Shown here piece after piece: positions 61,811-64,000 of a DNA stretch of 64,000 bases. The notes below the pieces were generated by a model. It had not been told where the DNA came from. It was given only the letters and a program-made list of their open reading frames with translations, and searched no databases. Source of the stretch: Malacoraja senta. Taxonomy: Eukaryota. A program made the position numbers and the translations under genes. The DNA is taken from positions 85,312,001 to 85,376,000 of the forward strand of contig CM075977.1 of assembly GCA_038087875.1 (NCBI GenBank). The letters run 5' to 3'. The number at the start of each line of letters is the position of its first letter. The first letter of the stretch is position 1.

Positions 61811-63717
61811 AGTTTAGTAATTTTGCTTTGAATATGCACATTCATTTTAAACTAAAGCCTACAGTAAAAAAAATGCTTAACTTATATGAATCAAGAATAA
61901 CAAAAGCTCTCTCGCAGGAAAAAAATATATGTTGCAAAAGAAGCTTATTCCAGTGATTTCTACCTTTAAAAGTTGAGACTATTGCCAACTAAAGCAATGA
62001 ATTTGAATACAATTATATTTTGGGGGGACAACCTGTTTGCATTTAATTGTATGAACAAAACAATATTTCAGATTAAAATGATTAACATGACAAATTAGAC
62101 TATGGTTCTGCCTCTAGTATTATGAGAGTAACCACTTCTTACATCAATCAAATAAACCAAGAAAACAATTGAAACTTAAATTAAAGCTACAGGTTTGTTT
62201 GCTTTCACTAATGTCTAGCCTATTACAAGAACAGCAAAGATCAGTAAGAGGGCAACATCCACCTACTTTGAAGTTCACTGTTCAAACAAAGTTAACATTT
62301 TCCAGCAATCATGAAAGTGGAAAAACAAAATCTAAAAGAGTGAAATCCATGTTATGCTTGATGTCTCTTTTGACTGCAAGTCAAAATTCATCCCTTTTTC
62401 AAAGAACAAGTAACTCAATCCATAGACAATTAAGTTCCTTGACCAAGCTAGGTAAAGACATCTCTGTCAATGGAAAAAAAACGATGATCCATCTCCCTAC
62501 AATGTCTGTTCAGCACAAGCCCCAAATGCTTTGTAGCATTATGGAAGTGTGAAAGGATTTAAAGATTTGTGTTTAATAACAATTATAACCATTATGGAGA
62601 TGTGCGTTTGTTATTTTTCCAATGCATTGCTCTGCACACATATAATATATAAGTAAACCCGTTGTCATGTCCTAAATATTAATGGAAACAAGCCATTATC
62701 TTGATTTGTGCAGAAACATAACATTTTTTTCTATTAAGCTATAGGATTCTACACCACTCTACACATTTCATAATCTGTTCATATACGTATGGAGTTTAAC
62801 AAAATGAAACATTTCACAGAATAATACAATACAACAATATACACCACTTATAAACTTTATAAACTTTATAAGTGTATTTTTTTAGATTTAACTTAATACC
62901 TACATAATATGGAATTATATTGGTTTGTATTTAACATGATGCTTTGGATAGAAAGGATAAAATATAATCAATCACAATCTGTGGAACTGTTTACATATTA
63001 ATCTGCTTTTATTCAGAGTTCATCATAATAACAATAAAAATCACAAGGAATTAACTCATGGAGGATAATTATCACTATTTTAGTAGCTTTCTTTCTTACC
63101 TAGGCAAAGATGTGGTTAGGGATTTCACAAACAGTACTCAGCAAACATTAATAGAAAATTGTTACTTTTAATTTCTAATTTTACAAAAAACATATTTTGA
63201 ATAACTGATATTTTATAATATTGGTTGAAAACAATAAAATTAATATAAATCGTGGGTCTATATGAATAATTTATGGAATGTGGCATGTTAACTGCATTTG
63301 TATTTTAATGATCACTTCTTAAAAAATATCAAACATGACAAATCTGGCAAAAAATAACTTGATTGCTTTTAAAGTTTGAGCTTTTCATGTCAAAATAGCA
63401 ACAAGCACTCACTATTATTTATGGAAAAGTAAAACATGAAAGATAACCATGTGGTTAAATGTAAGTATCTGAGGATTTTTGTCTAAATTGCTGCATCAGT
63501 CCACGACCACATTAGGAAAGCTGTATGGTGCTATTACCCTCTTTTTTAAGTGGAGTAATTGCCATTCAGTTTCCCATTAAACGCCACAGAAAGTTCAGTC
63601 TTCTCATGACAAGCATGAGTGCCTTTTAAAGATAAAATTGGTCACCACATATAGCCAAGACCATGGAGCAACTTTCAATTACACTTTTGCATTCCCACAA
63701 AGGGTACATGTACTAAG

Positions 63718-64000
63718 GACACATCCCACTACTCGCCACATCTTCCCATCTCCAACCCGTTCTGCTTTTCGCAGAGACCGTTCCCTCTGAAACTCCCTGG
63801 TCAACTCATTCCTTCCCACCCAAACCACTCCCTCCCCAGGTACTTTCCCCTGCAAGCGCAGGAGATGCAACAACTGTCCCTTTACCTCACCCGTCGACTC
63901 CATCCAAGGACCCAATCAGTCTTTCCAGGTGGGGCAAAGGTTCACTTACTCCTCATCTAATGTATCCGCTGTTCCAGGTGTCTACTTCTCTACATCGGCA
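63718..64000 (+). mobile_element. Penelope-like element ORF fragment, running off the window end
   Basis: HPTTRHIFPSP...AFRRDRSL*NSLV...GTFPCKRRRCNNCP...IRCSRCLLLYIG: Cys-rich linker leading into GIY-YIG. Confidence 0.85.

Overview
AT-rich, CpG-poor vertebrate genomic DNA. The repeat content (HE1-type tRNA/V-SINEs, CR1/HER1-like LINEs, Penelope-like elements) points to an elasmobranch, probably a skate or ray. The window holds the 5' part of eya1 (eyes absent 1) on the minus strand: a putative non-coding first exon (~60200-59776), a 55-nt second exon readable in two frames (51999-51945), and six coding exons (49760-49637, 35645-35574, 29343-29280, 28750-28605, 28410-28273, 5018-4936). These splice in frame through GT-AG introns to 627 nt / 209 aa ([10 protein letters not shown]...FNNSQQ); the gene continues past the left edge. 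The introns carry many nested mobile elements: four PIF/Harbinger-type elements (one with a transposase remnant cut by a Rex1-type LINE), a non-autonomous Helitron, a hAT-like element, a young L1 3' fragment, and many Penelope-derived fold-back elements carrying minimal hammerhead-ribozyme motifs. I found no unambiguous new biological system. The best leads are the hammerhead-bearing fold-backs, the two-frame exon 2, deep conservation of the 5' UTR, and a perfect 34-bp hairpin in intron 1. Comparisons to human EYA1 are from memory and need alignment. Repeat boundaries are approximate unless a TSD or TIR is quoted.
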